From Rhodosorus marinus CCMP1338 (lineage: Eukaryota > Plantae > Rhodophyta), in assembly GCA_029953675.1 (NCBI GenBank), contig JAMWBK010000009.1, positions 372,001 to 436,000 of the forward strand: 64,000 nucleotides of DNA, in the 5' to 3' direction. The notes beneath the pieces were generated by a model that searched no databases, had not been told where the DNA came from, and saw only the letters and a program-made list of their open reading frames with translations. The position numbers were made by a program, and so were the translations under genes. Shown one piece after another: positions 51,654 through 63,111 of this stretch (position 1 is its first letter; each line of letters begins with the position of its first letter).

Positions 51654-53377
51654 TCACAACCCGCCCGTGACCGGCATCAATAGCACGGTTTCGTGATCAA
51701 AGTACCCTGGGATCCCAGGAATCTTTTCCGCCCCTGGATTTGGGGACACGAGGGACCCAAAGGGGGACAAGATCATCCTGGAAATGAACTCTCGAAACTG
51801 AAGCGCAACTCGACCGCCTTCGAAAACACTGTAATTTCGAGGGAACGGTGTAAGGCTGAAAACGACATACCAGAGCAGCATGTAGGATGCCAAGGTCGTC
51901 CAAATGGGAACCCGCTCCAGCTCGTTTCGCGGTGGGCTATCCTCAGGCCACTTCGCGATTACTCTGAGAATCAGAAAAGTTAACATGCTGGGGTAGATCC
52001 CGCAAGCGAGAGCGAGAACACACACGGATGCCTATGCCATTGCAAAAGAGCGCTTAGAAGGCGTGCCCTAGAGTGTATGTCGTTTCTCGCAGCTCCAACC
52101 TGAGAGATTAGCTTCGCGTATTTCCTGGAGAGAGAGGACCTCAAAAGTCGCGAGCCGTCGAATGGAGTAAACGGTAGAAGATGGATAGCGGCCATTCTAA
52201 TAAGAAACGAAGCAATAACTGCCAGTGGATGTAATCCAATGATCTTCTCGTCGTGGCTCCTCGGAAGGTTCTTACCCAACCGCATCGCCATTGCAGACAT
52301 GAGCCAGGAGTTTGTGACCATAGTAGATTGTACCTGTTGAATTTAGCTCCTCTTCAGGCTACTGTCTTGGAGCTGAATATGTGTGCGATCCCATACCCTC
52401 CATAGCGGTCCGCTCATGCTCGTGAGCTGAACGCCGAGCTGGAACATCATGCACCCTGCAACGGCTATCAACGGCGCCCCAGCGAGACCGATTAGAAACC
52501 TCGAGTATAGACTACCGCCAGGAACAGATATCTGCAGTGGAAATAGCACCCGAGCATTAAGCGCTCAAAGCACAAACCGACGTTTACCATTGTCCAGCTG
52601 GATTGTGCGCTCGATTCGTACCTGCGAAAAGTGCACCGGGAGAGAAAATGGTCTACCAATCGGCATGATGAACGCCTGTCCAAGTTTCAACCCAAGTTTT
52701 GCAGCTATTAGCCTCTGAAAGACTATGGAAGCGCTGAGCACTAAGAAAATGGACAGTACGACCACTGCTCCTGGGAGAAATCGCAGGTCACTCGCGTGGG
52801 GCTCCAGGATAGCCAGGGAGGACGCAACAAAATACAAACTGAAAGCTCCGAGAAGAATGGTCGTTGGGACCCTCTGAGTCTCGCGGTTCTCAGCCCGCGA
52901 GCGAACGACAACTATGGAAAGTGAATTGGCTTCACTTGAGTCGCTTTCTGCCATACATACAACATAGCGGTCCTTGAACTTGGACGAGAAGATCCGTTCT
53001 ATTACTGCCAAAGCCTCGCTCGGCTCGGACCTGTAGTTTCCGTTGAACACAGCAGAATCTTTCTCTACATAGTAGTCCAACGGCATGAACGCGCTTGGTG
53101 GGAAAAACCTTATCATGTCCCGCACTTCCTCCGCAGTTATCTCACCCTGAAGCCCCTCGTCGCGCTCGTCCTTTCGATGATGCTTTCCTGCATCCACTTT
53201 GTCTTTATCACTCTCACTTGTGGAGCTCGTGCTTGCACATTTCTCCTCATCCTCAGCTAGCTTTCGAGGTCCAACCCCTGAACAAGTTCGTCGGGCGCGA
53301 CTTGAACGACATAAATCTTTAGGAAACCCTCTGTTTCCTCTCGTGTGGAGCGTGAATACCCCACAAAAACCCAGCAT
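51654..53377 (-). CDS. EGY-type peptidase M50 (S2P) homolog lacking HExxH, plastid-targeted
   Basis: EGY-like N-domain (VFNGNYRSEPSEAL...FKDRY), plus AAKLGLKLG, LAGAP, LHPLAVI and LLPFTPFDG. The HExxH position reads SIVFQ. Confidence 0.75.
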
Positions 53378-55814
53378 CTAAAGTTCACGAATGCGACACA
53401 AAACCAGAAGCCCCTGCTCGACTCGGGATTGAACTCGTTACTTCTTCAATCAAAACCTCTTCCATACATCATGCGCTTTGCATAAGCTCTTCATACCTCC
53501 CGCAGTGCGCAACTGCAGAGCGTTTTGCACCAGCCCGAATATGAAGCCATACAGAAACAGACAACAAAGCGAAGCGCCAAGCCAAAACCGAAACGAAACC
53601 AAAATGCTGTTCCGAAAGATTGCAAAGCCTCTATAAAGCTATCTGTTCCTGTAGAAAACCTTCCAAAACGTACCCGCGCTCTCTCTCCCTTCCCCCCCTC
53701 TCAACTCCTCTTCCCCAAACACTTTCTGTACTGCTCAAGATCCCAAAAACCAAAACAAGATGTCACCCGTCAAACTCCTGGACAGGAAACTCAATATCAG
53801 GAAGCGTTTCCTATGATAGAGAAAACTTTCTAGTAAAATATTAGAATTTACTCACTAAGCAAATCTCAATCCATTACGTACAATTTTCTTCAAAAACACA
53901 AACTTCGCTCTTCAAAATTTCAAGAACTTTTGAGAGGAAAGCGGTAGGGGGGGACCCACCGATCAAGACAGAAAACTCCATCAAGACGGAAAACTCGGTC
54001 AACACAGAAAACTCCCTCCTTGGCCTTTTCCTCATCGACCTATTTCTATTTCTACGAAAATACAAGGATTTGTTCTAAGCCGGATCTTAAGGTGTTCCTA
54101 ATTTCCTTCAAAAGTAGAGTTTTTTAACTTCTACTTGAAAATTCGCTTTAGGAGAGTTTTCGCCAAATTTTGCACTTTTCTCTTTAACTGTCATATACGA
54201 ATTCAGTCTTTATTAAAATATTATTTCTTTTATACGATTAATATTCAATCCAAATATAGAGGATTAGTATTTTTGCTGATGACAGTTAAATATGTCTTAT
54301 CTCCTGACGAAATCGTCCTCGAGTGCAAGCGGGCTTCAAGGGTCTCTGCTTTGGGATTGCTTGAAACGAGCTATTCAAGCAGTAAAGGGATTATTGTTTG
54401 TATGCTTCTGCGCCTGAATATGTGGGAGTGTGGCGTACCTCCTGGGTACAGCTTCCTCGATAGGGCGTCGGATCAACGGACCCCCCTTCCCGCTCCGCTA
54501 CAGTCTGCAAGCTGCCCCCTCAAACTCTGTGTGCAGGCGGAAATTAGTCGATTTTGCTAGGACGAGTCCTTCTTTAATTAATTTTTTTTTAGTACACGAC
54601 GAACAACGCTGATGCCCCAGACTTCGGGTAGAGCGGCTTTTTACGTTCTCCATTACTGCACTTTGACCCCGGGGTGGTGCATGATCTCACGTACAATTTC
54701 ATAAAGACGAAAAATCCAAGGCCTTGCTTGCACAGTCCGCTCAGGCTCATACCCTCTGATTGGAGCTTCATTGACTGGTCCAAGGTAGAGCCGCTCTTCG
54801 TAAGTTCAATCAATAAGAACCGATCCCAGTCACTTCTGTGACGATTGTTTCTATTACTAATCATTGGCGATACACAATTGAGCTGTCTTAGGTTGTCCTA
54901 CTGCGAGCATCGAGCTCAGCATTTGACCGTATTGACTTCTCACGAAATACAAATTAGTCTATGTGTGTTCGCAGTTGCATATTGGGTATGCCTCCCTGAC
55001 AGGAGCAAGGACGCACACGCTTAAACAGCGGCGTCATTTCCGGGCTGCGATGAATGTGACATCGGACACTTCATGCGACCCAGCTATAGGAGCGTCCTGG
55101 GTGAATTTTGGTGCCTTCGTTCAGGTCAAGCTTAGTGATCCAGAGAGGAAACTAGTAAAACACAGGAGGGTTAGCAAACAATTTCGCACTGTTCGCCGAA
55201 TTGGGAACTATTGCTGGGACACAGCCCCCAAAATGCAATGAAAGAGAATTTAAAATATGTCCAGAAGCTGCCAAGAGCATCAAGACTCTTCTTTTTGCAG
55301 ATCCGTCCACAGACTTGCGATATAGCTCACCAGAGGCTTTCACAGGAACAATAGCCGTTCTGACCGGGTATCCTAAAAAATCACTATTCTCCCATTTTGA
55401 GAACATTTAGGGTCCACATTCAGCCTTAACTTATCGCAAATTCATTGTGAAAGGTCTGGAATAGAATTATCACTCAAATATGTCGTAAACTTGGGAGTAC
55501 TTCTATTACCCTTGCCCATTGGACAAATGCTTACACCAGGAACGTCTCAACCAATAGAAAAGAAAATATATGGATTCTGCTCTGAAGCACTAGGATCGTT
55601 CGGGACTGGAGGCTGATTAGGGTTTCCTTTTAAAGGGGTGAAAGACCTTTGTATTGGTAAATAGGTTAAGGCGGGATTGGTGGTGTGAGGAAAGATAGCC
55701 TTGATTATGAGAAAGAATGTGGAAATTGTATGGATAGAGTAGTTGCAGCTGAGTGGAGCTCTGTTCGCACTGAATTGCGTTGATCGGAGTGTTTTTTAGA
55801 TCAGGACCGTTGTC

Positions 55815-56936
55815 ATGTTTTTGTCACGGACCTTGTGAGTAGCTGAGGAACCGCAGACGATATCAGATGATTAAGTCGGGTTGGAATCTTCAGAGCAGTT
55901 CCAGATGATCTCGAAGGTTATTTTCAGCAAGGTGAGCAGCTTCCTGCAATGTCTAACAGGCTGACCCCGTTTGTTGAACCATAGCCAACCTTCCACCTGT
56001 GTTCTGCAACAAGCTATGTGAGATATGTTTTCTTCTCGCATCGTCGGTTAACATCATATCTGCAACTACGCCAGACTCAGAACGAGCGGCGTGGCTAGCG
56101 AGTTTGATCCTAACCTATTTTTACGCTCACGGAGGTCTGCTTTTGTGGAGAATTCTCGGTGCAAAACCTGCTTCAGAAGCACTCTATGATGTACCACTGG
56201 CAGCGCTAGTCTGGTATGTGGTCTTCAGGGCAGCAGGGTTCAGAAAAATTCTCAAGTTAGGAGCTGTCCAAAGTAAGACCACCTCATACAATGACTCCAT
56301 CCAAGAGCAGCGAATTTCTCATTGTTCACGAAACACCCGTCAGTGATATTGCTCGGTTTAGGCTCCTGGTATCTCGTGAATGCAATGACTTCAGAAGTGG
56401 ATGCAGTACTGCGCGACTACCCCAAAGGATTCATCGCAGCTTTTCTGGGAGGCGGACTGGTTGGCGTCGGGGGAACTCTCTTCGACAACTTGGAGGAGTC
56501 CATGTCGGGAAAAAGGAGGCTCTCAGCTTTAGGTCGCCCCCCAGCAAGTTTCAAGAGAGGGTTTCTCATGTCTTTTTTGTATACCCTCGCTGTGTTCTAC
56601 GATCTCGAGGTCAGTGCTAAGTGAAACTGCTCAAAAGACAAATTCCTCGGCTTATACTTATCCTTTGCTTGTCAGCAGAGCTTTGTGCGAAGCAAGGTGT
56701 CCATAGGATTCGTTTTGAAGACGTGGTTTTGTGTACACCGTGCAATTGAAGCTTACTTGGGTCGTGACTTGAGCTTATTCTACTACAGCGGCGTTTTTCT
56801 GAAGGCTATTATTGGAATGGATGTGAGGCAGCACCGGCGCAGCTTCGCTCCAAGAAGCACGTTTAAGTTTAGTACTGGAGCGGAGTTCGCATATTGGAAC
56901 AGGAACAGGCAAGCTGAGTTGCGGAAAGCAAGATGA
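55815..56936 (+). CDS. TRIC / TMEM38 trimeric intracellular cation channel homolog
   Basis: AWLASLILTYFYAHGG, LAALVWYVVF and GGGLVGVGGTLFDNLEESMSG match the two TRIC repeats. The 5' exons (MFLSRT|LAVPDDLEGYFQQ|ANLPP) join through two short introns. Confidence 0.75.
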
Positions 56937-57233
56937 CGGCGTTCTGAAGGCCATAGAGTTTCTCGACTTGCCTCGCCCTCTTCGAAGACGTTGATTGCGA
57001 ACTGCCACCGTTCACTTCCGAAAAGAATTCCATACAAAATTGAGAACGGCTCTCGGAGCACCCGGTTCTCAATCGTTCACTCACTCTAGCGAGCTAAGCT
57101 TGCTCCGTTTTGTACCTGGACGGGGTTTACTAGATACAAACTGCTTTTACTTAGATTGAGTATTTACAAAATTTTTGTCCTTGCCAGTTGCATTCGTCTT
57201 CAGTCTACCCGTTCCTACACACAAGTCACCATG

Positions 57234-57560
57234 TCATTTGCTTCTGCTGGTTGTAGTGTGGTAATGGTTAACCTCCAGCTGGTGACCGCCTTCTGCAAAT
57301 TGCAATTTTCGTAGTTCATCATGACTCACAGCGGTAGAGATTCCTCTCTGCCTTGAATTCAAGTTCCTCTCATACCCCTCCGCTCCTCTAGCAGGGAAGT
57401 GCTTATGCTCGGATACCTTTTGCCGCTCAAGGTCCAAACTACTCGCCCGCCGAAGTCCACTTTCCTCCTCCAACTCCTCTTCATGGTGCGCTTTCGACTT
57501 TTGCAACAATTCATCACGCACCTCATCGTGATGCTTTGAACTCGTAGTCACCGACAACAT
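57234..57560 (-). CDS. Orphan small protein, MLSVT family copy A
   Basis: MLSVTTSSK...RDELL...HEEE...LDLERQK...HFPARG. Homologous to the ORFs at 60900-61262 and 62875-63111. Confidence 0.55.
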   Translation of the reverse strand: MLSVTTSSKHHDEVRDELLQKSKAHHEEELEEESGLRRASSLDLERQKVSEHKHFPARGAEGYERNLNSRQRGISTAVSHDELRKLQFAEGGHQLEVNHYHTTTSRSK

Positions 57561-57764
57561 CCTCCCTCCTCGATCAAAAATAAAAACAGTGCTTCCTCAA
57601 CACAAAAAAAAAAACCTCAAGATGCCTGCCTCCCAATAGCACCAACCCACCAGCTCCCAACCCCCACCCAAAATAAATTAATACACTTCACACCAAACGA
57701 AACTTATAAAAATCCTTCCAACCCCATCTCCATTCCCTCCCTCCCTCACCTCTCTAGATCATTC

Positions 57765-58106
57765 TCACTCCTTATCCAACCTATCCAAATTTTCCAATCC
57801 TCCATTCCCATCTTCATTACCTTCCAAGCTTCTCCTTAAACATAGGCACCGCTCAACACCCACCCCAAAACTATACAAAATCAGAAACCACCAAGTCACG
57901 TAAGTCTTACACCCGCCCCCTTCCTTTTCCCCAATTATCAAATGCCTCGAGCGCCATTGTGGCAAACGAGATTGTCTCTCAACATCTACACGGACGTGGG
58001 ACCGTCCTTTTTTCGCCATAACCCGGACCGTCTTGACAGCCTCCTCGCGGAGCTGTCTCTGACTCTCTGGCGTTCGAACGCTGCTCTGTTGTTGGACGCG
58101 CGTCAT
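57765..58106 (-). CDS. Orphan small ORF (MTRVQQQ...), possibly a diverged member of the MLSVT family
   Basis: LREEAVK and VDVERQ echo AREEKLR and LDLERQ in the family. Its 5' end lies inside the 197-bp repeat unit. Confidence 0.3.
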   Translation of the reverse strand: MTRVQQQSSVRTPESQRQLREEAVKTVRVMAKKGRSHVRVDVERQSRLPQWRSRHLIIGEKEGGGCKTYVTWWFLILYSFGVGVERCLCLRRSLEGNEDGNGGLENLDRLDKE

Positions 58107-58622
58107 GAGCGTCTCCGTTTCCGCTCCTTACAGCTCTCCTCAGGTTAGGCAGTGAATAAATTGGTCTTGTTGACATGGGACCCATGATATAGAATTAACG
58201 AAGAAAATTCGAGGGCACTGGCATGAATCTTGACAGCCTCAATACGGAGCTGTCGCTGACTCTCTGGCGTTCGAACTCGACTCTGTTGTTGGACGCGCGT
58301 CATGAGCGTCTCCGTTTCCGCTCCTCACAGCTCTCCTCAGCTTATGCTGTGAATAAATTGTTCTTGTTGACATGGGACCCATGATATAAAAGCAACGAAG
58401 AAAATTCGAGGGCACTGGAATAAGTCTTGACAGCCTCCTCACGGACTGTCTCTGACTCTCTGGCGTTCGAACTCTGCTCTGTTGTTGGACGCGCGTCATT
58501 AGGGTTTCCGTTTCCGCTCCTCACGGCTCTCCTCAGATAGGCCGTGAATATAGAATCCATGAAGAAAATTCTATGGGGACTGGAATGAATCTTGACAGCC
58601 TCCTCACGGAGCTACCTCTGAC
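58031..58622. repeat. Tandem array of a 197-bp unit: two full copies, one with a ~32-bp deletion, and a ~30-bp partial copy
   Basis: TCTTGACAGCC starts at 58031, 58228, 58425 and 58590 (periods 197, 197, 165). The copies are similar but diverged. Confidence 0.95.
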
Positions 58623-60565
58623 CCACCCAAGGATGGCGTTTCCTTTCCACAGAGTGCGGTTCAAGAAATCCCGAGCCTCACTTACTTGCGTTGCCCGCTG
58701 ATCCAGGTGTACAGTCGCTTCAGGAACTCACTCGCTTGTTTTCACATCTGCCCAAATGTTTCCAGACAGAAGGGAATGAAGATGTCGTCGTTGTGTTCTC
58801 CGATACTGTCACGGTATTTGGACTCTTTAAACTTTCCCGCTTTGTGTGCCGCATACCCGGTCTCCCAAGACGAGTTGTGTAGGTGTGTTCTTTGCAACGG
58901 CGAGGTCACCGTCACATCGATCACGTAGAGATTGCCTGTTCGTGGGGGTCGAGCTAGGATGTCAGGCCGGAGCCGACTGCCTTGGTAGTGTCCAGTTGGT
59001 TCTACTGTCAGTTCTAGTCGCCATTGTCTCAGCAGTGTCGCCAGTGCATCCCTGACCATGTTGTGCCGAAGTGTCCAGCTCCCGGTAGAGCTAGTGCAGT
59101 GGTGGAGGCGTTGAATGCCTGCAACGTCGTGTGGTTGTGAACAGATCGTCCATGTACTAATTGTTCGTACACCCGGCAGCGGCAATCCCAACAGTTGTCG
59201 CAGGCTCAGGTTCAGTTCCCCGCTACTCAGGCCGCGTCCGTGTTTCGTTGGCAAGTCTCGCAGCCAGGTACCTCCACCAGATCCCTTGCAGGAGCGTATC
59301 CGCGCACGTATCGTCTCACTGATCTCCGCGTTCTCCACCAATTCCTCGGATGCCCGTCGTGACTCCAGTTGGACAGGAGTTTTTGGATTGTACCGATCAA
59401 AGGCCTGTCGGGTGGTGTGTGCGGGATCTCTTGTTCTTGGCTCTCCAACGATTGCCAGTCCGTAAGGCGAGTATGGGGGCCGGTGTTCCTCGTCCCAGGC
59501 TGCGTTTTGAATGCAAGCTCGCTTCAAGTAATTGATCTCGAAGTTGATCCGTCGAGTGTAGCCGGAGTCGAATGCCATGGTGTTCGGTGAGGTTCTTCGA
59601 CGTGCCGGCATCGAGTAGCGCTCCTAGGTAGCTAGATCCAGTCCAATTGTGTTTCAGAGTCTGTCGCCAACTACTGAAGAAGGCGAGGGGTTGTATTCGT
59701 GTTCTCATGGCTAGGCCTGCGCCGCCCCATCGGTAAGGGAGCTGGATCTGCGCTTCGACCACGTCTTGTACAGGTCCCGTGAAGCGCTGGCCTTCGAGGA
59801 GCGAGCCACGGAGTTTGTCAAGTTCCAGAAGCGAGATGCGATCGGCTTCGCGGGCAAGAGTGGCTCCATTTTGTAGGGCGAGCGTGCGTAGAGCAAAGTC
59901 TAGACGCGATCCTGCGCAGTATCGGAATAGGCGCAGCTTAGTTTGTAGCTCAGTGGTCGGTGGCCGAATGACCTCTTGGACGAGATTTTTATGTTCTCGT
60001 TGTAGCTTCCTGGTCGCGTCCTGGACGTAGGTCCGTGTGCCAACAGGGATGGAATCCAACTTTTTTGGAATCCAACTTTTTTCCAATTTAGCTTCCTGGT
60101 CGCGTCCTGGTCCGTGTGCCAATAGGGATGGAATCCAACTTTTTTGGAATCCAACTTTTTTCCATCCCTATTGGCACACGGACCTACGTCCAGGACGCGA
60201 CCAGGAAGCTACAACGAGAACATGAAAATCTCGTCCAAGAGGTCATTAGGCTACCGACCACTGAGCTACAAACTAAGCTGCGCCTATTCCGATACTGCGC
60301 AGGATCGCGTCTAGACTTTGCTCTACGCACGCTCGCCCTACAAAATGGAGCCACTCTTGCCCGCGAAGCCGATCGCATCTCGCTTCTGGAACTTGACAAA
60401 CTCCGTGGCTCGCTCCTCGAAGGCCAGCGCTTCACGGGACCTGTACAAGACGTGGTCGAAGCGCAGATCCAGCTCCCTTACCGATGGGGCGGCGCAGGCC
60501 TAGCCATGAGAACACGAATACAACCCCTCGCCTTCTTCAGTAGTTGGCGACAGACTCTGAAACAC
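58623..60565 (-). mobile_element. 5'-truncated, decayed non-LTR retrotransposon with a restriction-like endonuclease (CRE-like clade)
   Basis: RT-end motif xIPVG, thumb/linker FRYCAGSRLDFALRT and QLPYRWGGAGL, zinc-knuckle region C..H..HHC..RHNMVRDAL, and RLE motifs RPDIL...IDVTV...KESKY...PFCLETFG and KGNA. It carries an in-frame TGA and frameshifts. The RT core is absent. Confidence 0.85.
59649..60565. repeat. 405-bp inverted repeat (about 99% identical) with a 107-bp internally duplicated spacer
   Basis: Arms 59649-60053 and 60161-60565, with about four substitutions seen. The spacer holds GGAATCCAACTTTTTT repeats and a re-copy of the end of the left arm. Confidence 0.95.
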
Positions 60566-60899
60566 CAGACTAACGAATGATGGGACTGAAATCCAAAATA
60601 GAGATGAACCAAGAAGCGGTTTTGCAATGCTTAACCCCTGTCGCATCCCGAGGAGCTACCACTTTGAGAAGCCTGCACTTTTTCGAACAGGTTTGCAAGT
60701 GAGCAGCAGGATTTTTGGGCATGTGGGAGCAAGCTTGGAGGCAAGCTTGTGGGCATCAGAATCTGGACGAGCCGGTTGCAATCGCCGATATGGCTTGCCC
60801 CCGGCGCAATGTTGACATTACTCGGACCCACCATACAGAATGCGTTGGTTCTCTCTTCTTTTACTCCTATGTACAAATGCTCTGAAACATACTAGAGGC

Positions 60900-61262
60900 T
60901 TATGATGGGCCCTCCCAGGGCTCGTCCTCCGCTTCTCTGCGAGGTACTTCTGGGTGAAACTTCATCCGAAATCTTAGCGATCGATTCTTCACCTCTCTAC
61001 GGATTGAGTCATCCATTGGCAGCCTCGACGTCCCTAAGGACTTCGAGCGCCTCAATTCCAAGCATGTGTCTTGAGGCACGTCGCCCCTTGACGGGAACCG
61101 TGTACTTCCGTGACCTTTCTGTCTCTGCAGTTCTAAAGTAAACTCGCTCAACTCAGGCGGTTCCCCGTCGCGGATTTCTTCGTGTCTTGAATCAAGCTGT
61201 TGCCTGAGCTTCTCCTCTCGCGCCGCTGCACGTGGCTTTGGGCTCGTAGTTACGGACAGCAT
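60900..61262 (-). CDS. Orphan small protein, MLSVT family copy C
   Basis: MLSVTTSPK...REEKL...HEEI...LELQRQK...RFPSRG. The DNA around the ATG resembles that of copies A and D. Confidence 0.55.
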   Translation of the reverse strand: MLSVTTSPKPRAAAREEKLRQQLDSRHEEIRDGEPPELSEFTLELQRQKGHGSTRFPSRGDVPQDTCLELRRSKSLGTSRLPMDDSIRREVKNRSLRFRMKFHPEVPRREAEDEPWEGPS

Positions 61263-62659
61263 ACCGGTAATTCTCAACTCTCCTCCACCAAGCTACAACC
61301 TGGACCCTTTGCCTTCCATTCGGCAAGGGCCCTGGAGACGCTCACGTTTGTCTCACATGATATCCAGTCCTTCACAATGGCTGCTAATCAGTATGAGATT
61401 CGATCAAAACCGAAAGCCATTCTGCCGCGCAACGAGTGGTTCTTGATTTGATGCAGCGTATCTATTCGCTGCCCTTTTTGGTCGGACAATCCAGACAAAT
61501 ATCTTTTGGATTGTCTCCGGTACCTTTCATAATCATACGAGCTTGGGGACGAACACTAGACATCTAGGTTGCCGCGAGGTCTCTCAATCTTTGAGCATGC
61601 TGAGGGACAAGCAAGGCTTTGTTTTTTTGAAGCTCCTAAACACGGGCGATGCAGAGGCTCTCGAAGCCATAACCATGTTGGGCATAGAGCCCACAGGTCG
61701 AATCCAGTCTGTGATGGTTCCCATCAACCTCAATTTGACAGTCTGTCCATGCAGTTCCAATGAAGCCCCGTCCTTCCTACAATCAAAGGTCCGGTAAGAT
61801 GGGTAAGTGTTCGTCACGATCCGGGGTGGTGTCCCGGAGGTGGTATCCTGCAGGATACCACCTCCAGGATTTGCCATTGAATCCAAGTTTAGCAGAAAAT
61901 ATCTCGTTCTAGAGCAGATTTTTATATTCAAGACCGTAGTTCTCAAAATAAAGAAATATCGTCAAAAACTATTCTCAAAAAAATGTTTGCAAGCATAAGA
62001 AAAGGCATCAACAAATTAATTGCTGAATAATAAGAGCATATCCCTTAATTAAGAAATATTTGGGATATAATTAAAGCTAAAGTGTTTCCGTATTTATTTT
62101 CTATTATTTGCTTTTCATGTTAAATTGAAACCCTCAAAAAAAAAGAAAAATGGACTACTATATTTTTGTAAGTATGATATAAATATTTGGGCAGAAGACC
62201 AAACTGCATCCAGCAGACTAAGCAGAAGACACGAATTCAACAAATTGATAACGGGTTCTTCTCCTGTCGTTCGTACGCACACGTTCCGTTGCACTGGAAT
62301 TTGTAGACTTCCTGTGTGTGTGATTCATGATGCATCCAATTCCTGATTACTATCATTGCAAGGTTGCGGCCTTAAACGCGTGACGTCTTCTCCACTCAAG
62401 TGAAGAGGAAACTTTGAGCTGTGTTCGAGTCACTCGTGGTGACTGCCTCCTTAGGTTCCCTCCGAAAACGGTTCCTTAAAGTACGCGTGTCTCCAAGAGC
62501 AAACGTTCTACGTTTCTGGAGTTAGGTCGACTGCGTTGACCGATTTCCCTTATGCATCATATGTTCGAAGTGAGTTCGTCCTTTCGCCACTGTTTATTAC
62601 AACTCATTCATTTCCTTGGCTGCATTTTCATAATTTCCAGTAAACGCAATACGCTAAAT

Positions 62660-62773
62660 AATTTGCTTATATACATATTCTTGGACAAGTTCAGAGCTGC
62701 TTCAACATTTACAGGTAATTTGCTTGTATACACATTCTTCGACGGACCCAGAGCTGCTTCAACATTTACAGGT
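62660..62773. repeat. Two tandem 57-bp (19-codon) units
   Basis: Units 62660-62716 and 62717-62773. The minus strand reads KLPVNVEAALGPSKNVYTS / KLPVNVEAALNLSKNMYIS in one open frame (ORF 62608-62802). Confidence 0.9.
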
Positions 62774-62874
62774 AGCTTTAAGCTCCATCGAACGTGCAGC
62801 ATGCCTTATTCTAATATAGTCATATGGTGAAACCATGTCCGTCACCTTCTGTTCAGTTCCCGTTCGCTTGCCGA

Positions 62875-63111
62875 TCACAAAAGCCTCACAGTCTTCTTTT
62901 GCCTCGACCTCAGCTCAGCGGGAGTGGCATACTTCTTCCCACTCTTTCTCCTTATGAGACGAACATCAGACTCCTTTCCAGCACCTCTCACCGGGAAATA
63001 CTCCCTCTCTTGTTTCATTGGCAAGTTTCTCGTACTCATCTGCCCGAATCCAGTCGTACAACGACACTCCAGGGACTTCTCCCTCTTTCCACTAGCAGTA
63101 ACTGACAACAT
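62875..63111 (-). CDS. Orphan small protein, MLSVT family copy D
   Basis: MLSVTASGK...YFPVRGAG...TPAELR. Shorter and more diverged than copies A and C. Confidence 0.45.
   Translation of the reverse strand: MLSVTASGKREKSLECRCTTGFGQMSTRNLPMKQEREYFPVRGAGKESDVRLIRRKSGKKYATPAELRSRQKKTVRLL

Noticed and set aside
53405-53445. GAGTTCAATCCC on the minus strand, resembling a tRNA T-loop
   Set aside because: The flanks do not form a T stem, acceptor stem or D arm.
54135-55410. Fragmentary ORFs in the gap between the EGY-like and TRIC genes
   Set aside because: No recognisable domain or transposon motif, and no consistent splice path.
58031-58622. 197-bp array considered as a CRISPR array or a spliced-leader/snRNA gene array
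   Set aside because: The units are far too long, have no unique spacers and no cas genes, and sit in a eukaryotic context. No canonical Sm site or recognisable SL or snRNA sequence was found.
61377-61998. Overlapping ORFs on both strands (61543-61797 plus; 61584-61946 minus)
   Set aside because: Neither strand can be preferred and no motif is recognised.
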